Below are positions 1 to 13,465 of a DNA stretch of 64,000 bases, piece by piece; the stretch's first letter is position 1, and the number at the start of each line of letters is the position of its first letter. A program made the position numbers and the translations under genes. This DNA comes from Piromyces finnis finn (Eukaryota > Fungi > Neocallimastigomycota). A model generated the notes under the pieces. The model was not told the origin of the DNA, ran no database searches, and saw nothing but the letters and a program-made list of their open reading frames with translations. Location: NCBI GenBank assembly GCA_002104945.1, contig MCFH01000005.1, positions 1,116,001 to 1,180,000 on the forward strand, given 5' to 3'.

Positions 1-39
1 TATAAAAATATTTCATTATTTAAATTAAAAAAAAAAAAA

Positions 40-1248
40 ATGGAATATTCATACTTTGAAAGAAAGCATTTACCTTGTGAATGTAAATGTAAAAATTTAT
101 ATAATATGACATTTTATAATTATAAAACAGAAAAACAATTGACTTTTCCAATTCATGTAGTAAAGAAAGAAAATACTATCTATAAATCTCTAAATGATAT
201 TGTAGAAATACTTAATGAATCGCTAGATATGAATGTTACAGTAAGAACTTTAACTCAAGGTACTGGCCATTATGTATTACAAAAGGATAGAGTGGTTGCT
301 TATATGCCTTGTTGTAGATCAAATAATTATAGAGGTACTATATTTATTAATGATATTGGTTTTCGGGATACTTTAGTAAAATATTTAAATACCAGTAACT
401 CTACAATTCAAACAAGAGCAAATGCTACAATAGAAAACATAATAAAAGTCGGAATTAATTCTAATACAATAGTCCAAATGTTAGATAGTATGGATTTAAT
501 TTTTGAAATAACTAAGGGTCTAAAAATTAGCGATATACCAAATAGTAATTATGTTAGATCCCATTGTGTTCGACCAAAAACAATGAAATTTCAAAGCGGT
601 CTTAATAATAATATGGATGGCAATATCTTAGACAATCAGTATGATTATAATTTTAACAGTAAATCCGATGATTTATTTGAAAAAAGAAGCATTAATAATA
701 TTAAAAATACTATTCAATATCTTATTAATAATGATGGAAATTTTAATATTAACAAAAGTAGCAGCAGTAGCAGCACTAATAATAATAATGAGGATGAGGA
801 AACAGATTCTATTATTGATAATAAAAATGATTTAAAGTACAATGATATCATAAATAATAAGACTAAAATTAATAATGATTATAATTTAAATGAATCTAAT
901 AGAATCGTCAATAATAATAGTAGTATGAATAAAATGTATTTAATCAATGGAAATAAAAGAATATACAATGAAAACTTTTCCAAGGATAATAAAAAGAATA
1001 TTGTTATATTTGATTGTGATAACAGAGAAAATAATAATATTAATAGACAGGGTATTAATAATAAGAAACGTACAAGAGATGAAATTGAATCAGATGATAA
1101 AACCAGCGATAAATTATTTAAATATGAAACATCCATATCTGAAGTTTTGAATGAGAGTAATAATCCATTCAATTATTTAGAATTAAATTATCATGAACCA
1201 TTCTTTAATATTGAAATACCTGTAAGGAAAAGATTATTTTCAATATAA
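40..1248 (+). CDS. Intronless 402-aa protein. N-terminal ~170-aa globular domain with Bro-N-like pattern, then N-rich low-complexity region, basic NLS-like KKRTR, and C-terminal KRLF
   Basis: Uninterrupted 402-codon ORF in very AT-rich DNA. IHVVKKENTIYKSLNDIVEIL...TIFINDIGFRDTL loosely parallels the Bro-N pattern IRVV..DGEPWFVAKDVAEAL...FINESGLYSLI (from memory). Coding status is solid; the function call is tentative. Confidence 0.6.
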   Translation: MEYSYFERKHLPCECKCKNLYNMTFYNYKTEKQLTFPIHVVKKENTIYKSLNDIVEILNESLDMNVTVRTLTQGTGHYVLQKDRVVAYMPCCRSNNYRGTIFINDIGFRDTLVKYLNTSNSTIQTRANATIENIIKVGINSNTIVQMLDSMDLIFEITKGLKISDIPNSNYVRSHCVRPKTMKFQSGLNNNMDGNILDNQYDYNFNSKSDDLFEKRSINNIKNTIQYLINNDGNFNINKSSSSSSTNNNNEDEETDSIIDNKNDLKYNDIINNKTKINNDYNLNESNRIVNNNSSMNKMYLINGNKRIYNENFSKDNKKNIVIFDCDNRENNNINRQGINNKKRTRDEIESDDKTSDKLFKYETSISEVLNESNNPFNYLELNYHEPFFNIEIPVRKRLFSI

Positions 1249-2219
1249 TAATCTGAGTAAATATCAAGGCTTTTTTTTTATTATTATTTTATTTATTTAT
1301 TTATTTATTTTATTCAATATTATTTAATTTTATTTTATTTATTTATTTTATTCAATATTATTTAATTTTATTTTTATTTTAATTCTATTTAATAATATAG
1401 TACTATCCATTAAAAAAAATACTAATAAAGAAAAGATAAATATAATTATTTGAAGTTTTTTTTTTTTTTTTTTATCTATACAATTTTTTATTTAAATAAT
1501 TATTAGGGAATGATAGAAGTAGAAAATTTATTATGACTCGTCTAAATAGATAACTATTAAATTAATTTAAAAACATAAATTATATATATATATAAAACAA
1601 TATATAATTTACTATTATTAATATTTATATAAAATAACATACAATAAAAAACAAAAACAAAAAAAATTGTTTAAAAATAGGTGTGTGTTTATGTATAAAT
1701 ATATATATATATATATATTTTAGAGATATTACACTATAATAATTGAATAATTGAATAATTCTTTCATTTATAAAAAAAAAAAAAGGTATTAAATAAAATG
1801 ATGCTCTAAAAATTTTAATTCAAAAACAAATTACTCTGAATAATAAAAATAATATTTATATACTGATCATGATTAGGATAATATTTAAATATACATACTT
1901 TTTTTTTTTTTTTAAAAAAATAGAATTTTATTAATATATAATAATAGTGAATAGTTTTAATTATAATAAAATATACATTAAATATATATATATTTATAAT
2001 AATAGGCTAAAGGATAAAAAAAAAAAAAAACTATTTTTAATAGTTATTCATTATTTTACTACTTTTTTGTTTATAATAGGGTTAGGACAATAAATGGATG
2101 ATTAATAATAATTAAAAAAAAAAATATAATATAATAAATAATAAAAGAAAAAAATTATAAATAAGCATTATATAGTGTTAAGTTATAGTATTAGATTCTT
2201 TTTTTTTTTTTTCTATTGA

Positions 2220-2228
2220 TTAATTAAT

Positions 2229-2281
<53 letters not shown>

Positions 2282-5200
2282 AATTATGACAGGCACATTG
2301 TCTTACAGCTTGACGAGATTCATTAATTAAATCACTACTGTCCATGTCGTCCAAGTCTAATGGTATTTCCGTTTTACTTTTAATTTCACTTTTATTTTTA
2401 TTGAATTTAGAATCCATAGATAGGAATGAAATACTTCTTTTATGCTTAAATTTATAAGTTAATTTATTATTTGTTTCTTCTAGACGATCTAAATTAACAC
2501 TGTGTATACTACTGGTGCCCTTTTTTTTTTTGGAATTAGTTCTATGTAAATGGAAATTCAAATACTGTGAAAAGTTTTTATTTGAATATTGGGATAATCT
2601 TTTTCCTTTTTGTTTTGGTGATTTTTTATCGGGAACAACAGATGATTTATTTAAATTTAATGAAAATGATCGAAGAGATAATGGCTTAGAAGATTTAAAT
2701 ATACCATAGGCATTATTACTAGCTGCTATATTATTGTTTATTTGAGATAATGAACTAAAGCTGTCTTGCGATCTATGATTTGTGTAGAATTCATTCTTAC
2801 TATGATTATCATAGTTGTTATTATTACCACTGATACCACCACCATTATTATTGATATTATTATTATTATTATTGTTATTATTATTATTATTATTATTATT
2901 AGTAGTAGTAGTAGTTGTAGCAGCAGTAGCGTTGATATCCATGTCATCATCATTGTCTAATTTATTGTTTATTTCAGAAAAAATAGATATATCATTATTA
3001 CTAAATGTACTATTCTTTCTTTTTGTCTTATTATATAATGTTGATGGTAAATTTTTGGTGTTATTCATAAAAGTTGTATTATGATAATCATTGGCTTTAT
3101 TAGTTTTTGATGGAAGAGCTGCAGAAATAAACGATTTAACTGACATGGAAAGAATAGAATCATTTCCTTTAGATTTACTTGTATTCCTTACTTCATTACT
3201 TTCATAAATTGGAATTTCCGGTGTATTACTAGAGTTCATCATATTATTATTTAAGATAGTACTTTGATTAATTGATACTGTAATATTACCATCTTCATCA
3301 ATTTTTGAAGTATTTTGACCATTAAATGTTTTACTATAATTAAGACAGACTAAATCATTATTATTGCTATAGCCTTCAAATTTATGAATTAAAGATTGAA
3401 TAGCCTTGAGCCAAACATCAAAATCTTCTTTAGTTAATGCAGATATTTGTAATACACGTTGAGGTGTCTTTACATTAATGATATGTGGATAACATGATAT
3501 AGTATCTTTATATTTGCTTTTTAATTCATTTTTATATACATCTTGAATATATTCTATTATTTATGAATTTTAATTGATTTAATGATATAGAGGGGAAGGG
3601 ATTAAATATATTAAATTATTATTAATATTAATATTTTTTTTTTTTTAATTAATTATATAGGATTTAAATATTATTATTTATATTATGAAAAAAATTATAA
3701 TAGGATAATAAAATAAAATTAATAAAATTATTCATCATCATTAAAAATTTCTACTCTTTCTACCACCATTCATTCCATTAATATTATTTTCATAGAAAAA
3801 ATGAAAATATTAATTATTTATATTAACTATTTATACATTTTTGAAATTAAATTTTTAAAATAATTATAATTTTTTTATAACTATTATGTGTATCTATGTT
3901 ATTGTGTTTGAATGAATATTTATCTTTCAATTTTTTCTTTACTATTTGTATTATTGGATAATGTTTGGAATATATTTTTTTTATGTATCTATAGTCTTTT
4001 TGAAATTTCTTTTTATATTTGTTTTTGTATTTTTCTTTATATCTATTTTTGTATTTATATTTATATTCTTGTTTATAATAAGACTGATAATATTTTTTAA
4101 ATTTTTGTGAATATTCTCTAATTAAATTTTGTATTACTAATGTATATCTTTCTTGATTCATACTAGGTATTTTTTCAGTTTCTATATTTAATGCTTTAGA
4201 ATGTAAACTAAATATTTTGTTATCATCATTGAACATGCAATCTTCATTTTTTAATCTCATTTTGTTATTATAATTATCATTGTAATTATTATGCTGAATC
4301 CAATTATATTTTTTGTTTTCAATCATTTCTTTGTTCAGCAAACTTTTAATGCATGCTATCAATAATTTTAATTCTATCATTTTCTTAATCTTATTTTTAA
4401 CTATTAAATAATTATTATTTGCTAAAACTCTCCTCATTCTTTTAATATTCCATCTTTTCTTTTTTTCATTAATAAAATCAATATTTTTCATACAAAAATT
4501 AATAAACAACTTATTAAATTTATTATATTTATGATCATTACCACTCTTAGTCTTAATTTGATGCTTGAATTTTTCACTAGGTTCTCTTCTTGACCAATAA
4601 ATTAATTTATTATATGGATGGATCCAGAAGTATCTTAAATGTGGATTTTTACCATATCTATTAAATTTATACATCCAGGTACCATTCAAAGTTTTTCTTA
4701 AAATATTAATACTATATAAGTAATCTTCATCTGCTGTAGCAGATAAACTCTTTAAGATTTCACTTGCATTATCTCTCAACTTGAAATAACTATTATTTAT
4801 ATATGTACTATGTTCACTTGAATAATTTCCATTACCTTTACTTAATACGGTTGGATTAGAAGAACTTTCATTTAAGTGTGCTAATAATAAAATATACAGC
4901 AATAATAATAGAAAAAAAGAAAAAATTAATTATGGTATTTTATAAAAATATATTTATATGAATTTATAAATTAATAGAATCTTTAGTAGTATAAATAATT
5001 TATCAATATTATATTTATAATTACTCTTTAGCTTGTTATTATTTGCATATAAGGATGGAATTAAATTATCAGCTGCTGGAATACCCGAGTATCTATTAAT
5101 TTGCGATGAATTTACACCTAATAATTTATTAGAATTATTACCCGCTAAAGTTTTATCTTTACTAATCGTGTTTTTATAAAATAATGGCTTGTAATCATTA

Positions 5201-8200
5201 GCTAAGAAAGTTGGTAAAGAATTTTTCCTTTTATAATTTGTTGAATTAAGTATTTGAATATTTTTATCTTCTTCTTTTTCTTTATTATTGTTTTTAGTTT
5301 TATCCTCTATATTATTAACATGGGTATCATAGAAGGTTTCATCACTAATAACATTACTTTCAATATTTGTATTAATTTTATTTTCAATGATAAAGGATTC
5401 ATCCATTTTAACTTTACCAGTATTTATTCTTTCACTAAGATCGGCAAAATCATCTTCAAGATTATCTTGCTCATTATTATTAATATTCAAGTTTTGATTT
5501 ATAATTTCTTCACTCCAACTAAGTGTTGATGTATCAATATTATCTAATGTACTTGTGAAATCAATTTTATCACTCTTTTCCAATTCCTGTTGTTTATCTT
5601 GTTTTTTATCATTGATTTTACTACCATCAGTCATACTGTGTGATGATACAATAGAATCATCATCATTCATATTAAATTGAATATTGTTACCAAAGTGCAT
5701 TGGATAATTATTTGGAATTCTAAATGAAAACTCTGTTGAATTTTCAGTAATGAATGAATTTGTAGTGGTTTCAAATTCACTACTTGGAACAATATTCATA
5801 TCTGTACTCTCTGTTGGTATTTCAGAATCTATATCACTTTGAGTTGGCTTATTAATATTTGAAGGTTCAGAAGATATTTCTGTTTGTATGTTATCCCATT
5901 TAATTTCGTTTCTTAATGGTGCGGTATTATTGTTTATTAGCTTGTCATCTGTCTCAGTGATAGACTTATTATTTATTTCTGAATAGGTTAAATTCTTTTT
6001 ACTTTTAATTAGACTAGCAATGGATTGAACTCTTTCCATCATAGGATTATTTTGTTTATAATATATTGATGAAGAACGATTTCCGAATGTTCCGGCAATT
6101 GATTTAATTTCATTATCAATTAATAATTTTTCTTTTGTTTTTATAGGTAAATCTTCTACTGGTTTAGTTTCAATAATATTCATATTTTCATCAAAATAAT
6201 CTGTACTATTGGTTTTTTTAATTAGCTTGTAATTTGAATTATCAAAATTGCTTATGCCATTATTTTCATTATTACTTTTCATTACTGGGAAATGGTTTTC
6301 ATCTAATGAATATATACTTATTCTTTTTTCATTTTCAAATGAATTCATTGATAAATGCTTAATATTATCATAGCTATTGGAACGATTTTCATGATAACCT
6401 AAATTAAAGCTGTTTAAGTATTGGTTATTTTCTTTAGATGAAGTAGCAATAGATTCCATTTGTGGAGGTTCACTACATATTTTTGTTGTTAAATTTTCTG
6501 ATTTAGACTTATTATTAATATTTATTGTACCGCAAATAACTTTTTGTGATGGATTGGATGGTGGTAATGGTGGAAGTTGTTCATTGTTTTGAAGATTATT
6601 TTCGGTTATAAGATTATTATTCTTTAGGGATGAAGAGAAAATTGATGGTTTCATGAATGATGAATTACTATGAGAATTTAAGGATGGCATAGAAAGAGTA
6701 GGTACTATACCACTTGAGGTTGAGACTATTGGTTCTTGAATATCTTCATTAATCTCATTATTACTTATTATTGAATTTGATGAACTTGATGTTGGTTGTA
6801 AGTCTGAATTATCAATGTTGTTATTAATCTGATGACTTACCTTTTCATCTATGGACTTTTTATCATTATTATCTGATTTATTTAAATCATATCTTTTACT
6901 TTCAACTGAATATATTGAAATAGATGAATTAATTATATTTTCTGGATTATTATGTTGTATATCTAGTTGGCTAGGTGAAATATTTTGGCTATGAAGTGAA
7001 GTTAAACTTGTATTATTATTATTCGAATATAATGGATTTGAATTATCTTGTTTATTTTGATTAGAAAGGGATGGCGATTTATAAACTGTATTTTCATTTA
7101 AATCCTTTTCAATGTAATTCATGCATTGAAGTAATGTATTATGAATAATTCTTGATTCTTCTAATTCTTTTAATGTTTTTGAATCTAATATACCATTAGA
7201 AGTTATGGATGAACCAATTGATGATATTGTGGCTTTAGATAATATAGATTTCTTTGAAGATATAGAAGAATAAGATCTTCCCCTTGTTATATCTGAGTTT
7301 TCCTCTTTTTTATTTTCTTGATTATCCTTTAATTTTTTTGCTACATAATCTTTTTTCGTTTTAAGCATTTGTGCTTCATTTATATGAATAGCTTCTTTTA
7401 ACTTTGTCATCATTTCCTTTAATTCATTCTTCTTTTCAATCTTCATTAAATTATCTAATGGGGATGGTGATCGATTTTCATCATTATCGGATTTATTTTG
7501 ATATATATTATTATTATTTTCATTATTGCTTTCTTTTATAGATTTGTTATCATCAACAAGAATTTCATGAATTGAACTATTAAAGCTTGATACACTTAAT
7601 CTTAATTTATTTCTATCTTTTAATTCTAATTTATTTGTATTTTCGTCATTAATCATTTCTACCTTATTTGAATTATCAATATCATTATTGCCATTAACTA
7701 ATGTTTCAGAGCTTTTAAATTCATCTTTTTTCAAAGATTGCGTTTTCATTGAACTTTTTGATTTAGATTTTCTTAATTTTGAAACTTCTTTATGTTTTGG
7801 TAATTCTAATTCATATTGATTATTATTTTCATTCCTTGTATTGTTATTAACTAATTTATCATCAGATTGAATTTTATCCTGCTTATCAATTAATTTATTA
7901 TCATTATCTTCAGCTAAATTATTTTCAGGAGAATTATTTATTATATTCTTATTTTCATTATATTCAGCTAAATTATTTTCAGAAATATTGTCTATTTTAT
8001 TAAGCTCATCTGATTTATTGTTTTCAAGCATATCGTCTACAATATCATTTATTTCATTTGTTATTTCAGTTGAACTATCTTTTGTTTCATTAAGTTCATT
8101 ATTTAAATTATTTTCAGGAATATTAGTTATTGTATTCTCTTTTTCATTAAGTTCGTTTGCTAAACCATTTTTAGCAATATTATCTGTTTCATTAATGTCT

Positions 8201-11200
8201 AAGTTATCTTCAGAAATATTAGTTTTAATACTACTTATTTCATTAAGCTCACCAACTAAATTATTTTCAGGTACGTCTTTTATTTCATTAATTTCGTTGA
8301 CAGACATGTCAGTTTTAATACTTTTTATATCGTTGAAATCTTTAGTTAAATTATCTTCTGGAATTTCATCTAGTTTATTTACTAAATTATCATTATGAAC
8401 ATTACTTGTAACTTCATTAATTTCATTAAGATCATCAATTAAATTATTCTCAACGATATCATTTGAAGTGTCATTTTTCACTTCATCGAGTTCATTTGCT
8501 AAATAATTATCAGAAATACCTATTGTATTTTCATTTATTTCATTATGATCATCAGCTAAATTATTTTCAACAATATCATCTGTAGTATCTTTTACTTCAT
8601 TGAGTTCATTTACTATATCATTATCATGAATATCAGTTGTAACTTCATTAATTTCATTATGATCAGCAGCTAAATTATTTTCAACAATATCATTTGAAAT
8701 ATTATCTTTTACTTCATCGAGTTCATTTATTAAATTGTTATCAGTAACATCACTTGTAACATCATTAATATCATTAATATCATCAGTTAAATTATCTTCA
8801 ACAATATCATCTGTAATATATTTTTCTTCATTGAGTTCTTTCAATTCATTGAGTTTATCTACTGTATCATTATCATGAACATCAGTTGTAACTTTATTAA
8901 TTTCATTATGATCATCAATTAAATTATTTTCAACAATATCATCTGTAGTATCTTTTACTTCATTGAGTTCATTTACTATATCATTATCATGAATATCTGT
9001 TGTAATTTCATTAATTTCATTATGATCAGCAGCTAAATTATTTTCAACAATATCATTTGAAATATTATCTTTTACTTCATCGAGTTCATTTATTAAATTG
9101 TTATCAGTAACATCACTTGTAACATCATTAATATCATTAATATCATCAGTTAAATTATCTTCAACAATATCATCTGTAATATATTTTTCTTCATTGAGTT
9201 CTTTCAATTCATTGAGTTTATCTACTGTATCATTATCATGAACATCAGTTGTAACTTTATTAATTTCATTATGATCATCAGTTAAATTATTCTCAACAAT
9301 ATCATCTGTAGTATCTTTTACTTCATTGAGTTCATTCACTATATCATTATCATTAATATCAGTTGTAACTTCATTTATTTCATTATGATCAACAACTAAA
9401 CTATTTTCAACAATATCATCTGCAGCATTTTTTACTTCATTGAGTTTATTTACTAAATCATTATCAAAAACATCAGTTCTAACATCATTGATTTCATTAT
9501 GATCATCAGTTAAATTATTTTCAACAGTGTCATCTGTAGTATCTTTTACATTATCAAGTTCATTTGCTAAATTATTTCCAGGAATATTGATTTCTTCATT
9601 ATTAAAATTAAATTCGGATACTTCATTAACTCCACTTAGTTCATCTGCTAAACTATATCCGGAGTTTATATCAGGTACTTCATTAAATCTATTTAATTCA
9701 TCTGCTAAACTATATCCAGAGTTTATATCAGGTACTTCATTAAATCTATTTAATTCATCTGCTAAACTATATCCGGAGTTTATATCAGGTACTTCATTAA
9801 ATCTATTTAATTCATCTGCTAAACTATATCCGGAGTTTATGTCAGGTACTTCATTAAATCTATTTAATTCATCTGCTAAACTATATCCGGAGTTTATATC
9901 AGGTACCTCATTAATTCTGCTTAATTCATCTGCTAAACTAAAACCAGAATTAATATTAGATGTAGTATTTAAGCTATTAGCTTCATCGTTCAAAGAATTA
10001 TCAGATGTATTTTCTTGGATTTCATGTAATACGTTGTCCATTTCAAAATTGATTTCATCATCTTTTTTATCACTTGAATCAATACCAGTAGGCTCATTTA
10101 ACATAGAATTAGATACTGGTGTTGAATTGCTTGATAAACGTTGATTTGGAATTGGAGAAATAGACGTATTTAAAGCAGATAATTCATCAAAAAGACTTTT
10201 TCTACCTTGAGTAGTATTATTGTTGATTGGTGAAGTACTATTTTGTATCATACTATTATTATTGTTTAATTTAATAAATGAAGTGTTATTTGTAAAATCA
10301 ATTGATGAAGTCATATTAGTATTTCCAAAGATGAACGGATTCTGAAGCTCAGTATTTTCACCTGGGTGACCTAAATCAATAGAATCCATTATTTCTTGTT
10401 CTAAATTTAATGGCATCATTGGATTTTGACTTACATTCATAATTTCACTTTTTTCATTTTCATTTCCATTAATGCTTTTTCCAAAATCTTCATTAATTAA
10501 AATGCTACTATTGGGTATATAATAATCTTTGTCACTTGTTGAATCTAAAATTGGTTGATTATTTTGTTGTTTTTCTTCTTCTAATTCTTCTACCATTTCT
10601 TGTGTTTGCATTAATAATTCACTTAAGTCCTGCTTTTCTTTTTCTAACCAATCTCTTTCTTGAATAAGTGTATCAATATGCTCTTTTAATGTTTCATTTT
10701 CTTGTTGAGCTTCTGCTAAAGAAGTAGAAAGAGTTTCAATTTGATTAGAAAAATTCTTTAATTTATTTTTTTGCATTAAACTATATACATTCAAACTATT
10801 TGACTTTTCCATTATTTCTGGTAGGTAGTATGAACTATTACGACTTCTGCCATTATATAATTTTGAATTGTCATCTTCTAAATTAGAATCATCATCATCA
10901 TTCATTGCAACACCTCCTAGAATCATGCTTAAATCATCATCCGGATGAAGTTTATTTTCAATTTTTAAATTTTTCAAGGTATTTTCATATTCCAAACGTA
11001 ATGTATTGTTATCATCTTCCAATTTTTCTAATTTTTTATTACTATCTTCCCATTTCTTTTTGTAAAATTGAATATTTTTTAATTTTGCATCAATTTCCAT
11101 ATCTTTATCATATCTCATTTGTTCAAAATCAAATCTTAAATTTTCAAGTTGTTCTTGATATTTATGATTTTCCTTATTTTTTTGTTCCAGTTCATTACGT

Positions 11201-13465
11201 AATTTAGTTATATTTTCTTCATTATGTCCAAGATTATCATTACATTCATATAGTTTACATTCTAATTCCCAAATCTTCTTTTCATAATTAACTGTATATT
11301 GAATAATTTTATTATAATAAGATGATTTAAATATATATATTTAATATATAATTGTTTAAATAAAAATATTTTTTTTTTTTAAATTATCATTTTTTTTTTA
11401 ATTATTAAAAACATTAAAACAAAAATACAAATTTTTTACCTTTAGTATTAGTTTGCTTATCAAGTTGTTTTGTTAATGTTTCTTTTTCCAATTCATATTC
11501 AGAAATCAAATCTTGAAGTTCAAGACGTTTAAATTCTAAGTAGAAAACACGTTGCTGTAATTGACGTGTATGGTTTAATAAAGTACTGTGGATTTCATTT
11601 TGAATTCTTTGTTTTCTATTTGATGGTGGCATTCTTGTTCTTGGGGTTGAATGAGGAATAATTTGTTCAGGTTTATTTCTTTTAAAATCTACTGAATATC
11701 TTGCAACACGACGAATTGGTAATTTATTATTAGACAATTCTTCATCTTCTTTTATAGTTTCCAAATTTGATTGATTACGTAATATTTTCTTTTTTCCATA
11801 TCTTTTTTCGCTGATACTATTACGACGTCTATTTTTCTGTTTTTTTAATTTTGAATTTGTTTCTTTTCCTTCATTAATTGGAATCAATGGGGGTCTTTTA
11901 TCAAGAATTTTTTCCAACAAAGATGTTGCTGTCTCTTGCTTCTTTTCTTCATTTGTGATTTTTGACTCGCCATCTTTATTATTTTTATTAACATCATTCT
12001 TTTGATTTTCATTTTTCTTTATTCTAGGCTCAATCACAGAATTAAATTTAATATTGCTATTTTTGGGAGTTTCATTAATAATTGATGATGATATTGGTAA
12101 GGATTTTGATTTCTTTTCAATTAATTTACGGTCGTTATTATCATCACTTGAATTAATTGATGATGACATTTCAATTGGTTCGGACGTGATACGAGATGTT
12201 AAAATTTTATTTGGTTTTTCTTCATTTTCTATAATATTACTACGAACATGATTTATTTTTGGGGTAGATGATGACGTTGTAGAAGAAATAATACTACTCT
12301 CACTTTTACTATTAGCTTTATCAATCTGCTTATATCCTTCTTCACTACTACTACTAGAATATGAATATATACTTGAAGAAGCTGATGATGAAAGACTAGA
12401 ATGCGGATTTTTATTAGCTATATTTAAATCATCTTCTTGATTTTCGAAACCTGTAATATTACTTAAATATTCGTTTCCTCGTTCAAGAAGAGCATTAATA
12501 ATAAAGTTTATTTTTTTATCTCTTGTTGCTTCCTCATCTATTTCCATATCATTTGCTTCATTTAATTGATTCTCTGGCTCACCATTTATATCTTTTTCCA
12601 ATTTTCTTTGCTTTCTTCTTTGACTATGATAACTATTTCTACGATTGATTTTTGCACGATTTTGATTACGACGAATTGCTTCATTGACAGCTGTATCAAG
12701 TCCTTCCATTGGTAATATATAATCATCTACAATATTATCTATAAAGGCCTCCCCTAATGTTATACTTTGACTATCATTTATTAAATTTTTTGTTGAACGA
12801 CGATCAAATCCTGCAATACTATGAGCTCTTCTATTGTTTTGATAGGGTTGATCAAATCCTAAATATTCAAAATCTTTTTCTAATTGTAGGTTTAAGTCGT
12901 TTTCAAGACTATCTGCAATACCTAAATTATCATCATTATGACTAGAAGTAATTGAAGGTGCCTTTTTCTTTGGGACTGAATCAATAAAATTTTTACAAAT
13001 AGATTCAAATTGTTCAATTTCTTCTTCAATATCACGAATTACTTTTCTATTATTTTCATTTTCATTTGAGGAAATTATTCCTTGATTTGCATTTGATTTT
13101 GTTTTAGCAATCTTTATTCTTTTTATTAAATTTTCTACTTTGTATAATAATTCTATAATGAAAAATAATGATATAAATATAATTTATAATTTATATATAA
13201 TATATGCATGTATACATATTAATTTTATATGAAAAGCGTATAAAATATTTTCAAGTTTCTTTTATATATAATTAATTTTTACATTAAACATTATATGAAT
13301 ATAAACCATACCTTGTACTACTGCAGTTGCAATTGTCATATGTATATCTTTTTGGCTCATTAATTCCTTTAAAAAATGAACTTCCTCAAGTAACTCTCTT
13401 TGCTCTTGACCAGTGAGTAAAGAAGCTTTAGGATTTGAAACATCCTCTTCTTTTATAGAATCCAT
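2220..13465 (-). CDS. NUM1: Num1/ApsA/Mcp5-like cortical anchor protein, ~3,268 aa: N-terminal coiled coils, acidic tandem repeats, C-terminal Mcp5-type PH domain, His17 tail
   Basis: Hand-spliced exons 13465-13312, 13152-11440, 11291-5025, 4880-4542, 3553-2220. All introns are GT-AG with matching phase 1; total 9807 nt = 3269 codons. PH N-half is GTWMYKFNRYGKNPHLRYFWIHPYNKLIYWS, as in Num1/Mcp5 PH domains. PH C-half is IINVKTPQRVLQISALTKEDFDVWLKAIQSL. Confidence 0.75.
2229..2279 (-). repeat. (CAT)17 coding repeat giving a C-terminal poly-His
   Basis: 17 perfect ATG units on the + strand; translates as ...CACHNY-H17-IN-stop. Confidence 0.95.
8400..9600 (-). repeat. Coding minisatellite: ~38-44-aa acidic units, including a 363-bp (121-aa) higher-order repeat
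   Basis: TGTAGTATCTTTTACTTCATTGAG recurs at 8581, 8944 and 9307 (363-bp period). Peptide unit resembles NDIVNELNEVKDTTDDIVENNLxDDHNEINxVTTD. Confidence 0.9.
9641..9945 (-). repeat. 57-bp coding tandem repeat (ADELNRFNEVPDINSGYSL), ~5.3 copies
   Basis: TCATCTGCTAAACTA starts at 9641, 9698, 9755, 9812, 9869 and 9926. Confidence 0.95.

Noticed and set aside
9641-9945. Regularly spaced repeats resembling a CRISPR array (also 31530-31847)
   Set aside because: Units are contiguous with no unique spacers, have lengths divisible by three, and lie in frame inside eukaryotic exons; no cas genes.
7988-10144. Plus-strand ORFs of 136 and 205 aa, and many other 60-130-aa ORFs in the track
   Set aside because: Antisense or off-frame shadows of long coding exons and their repeats.
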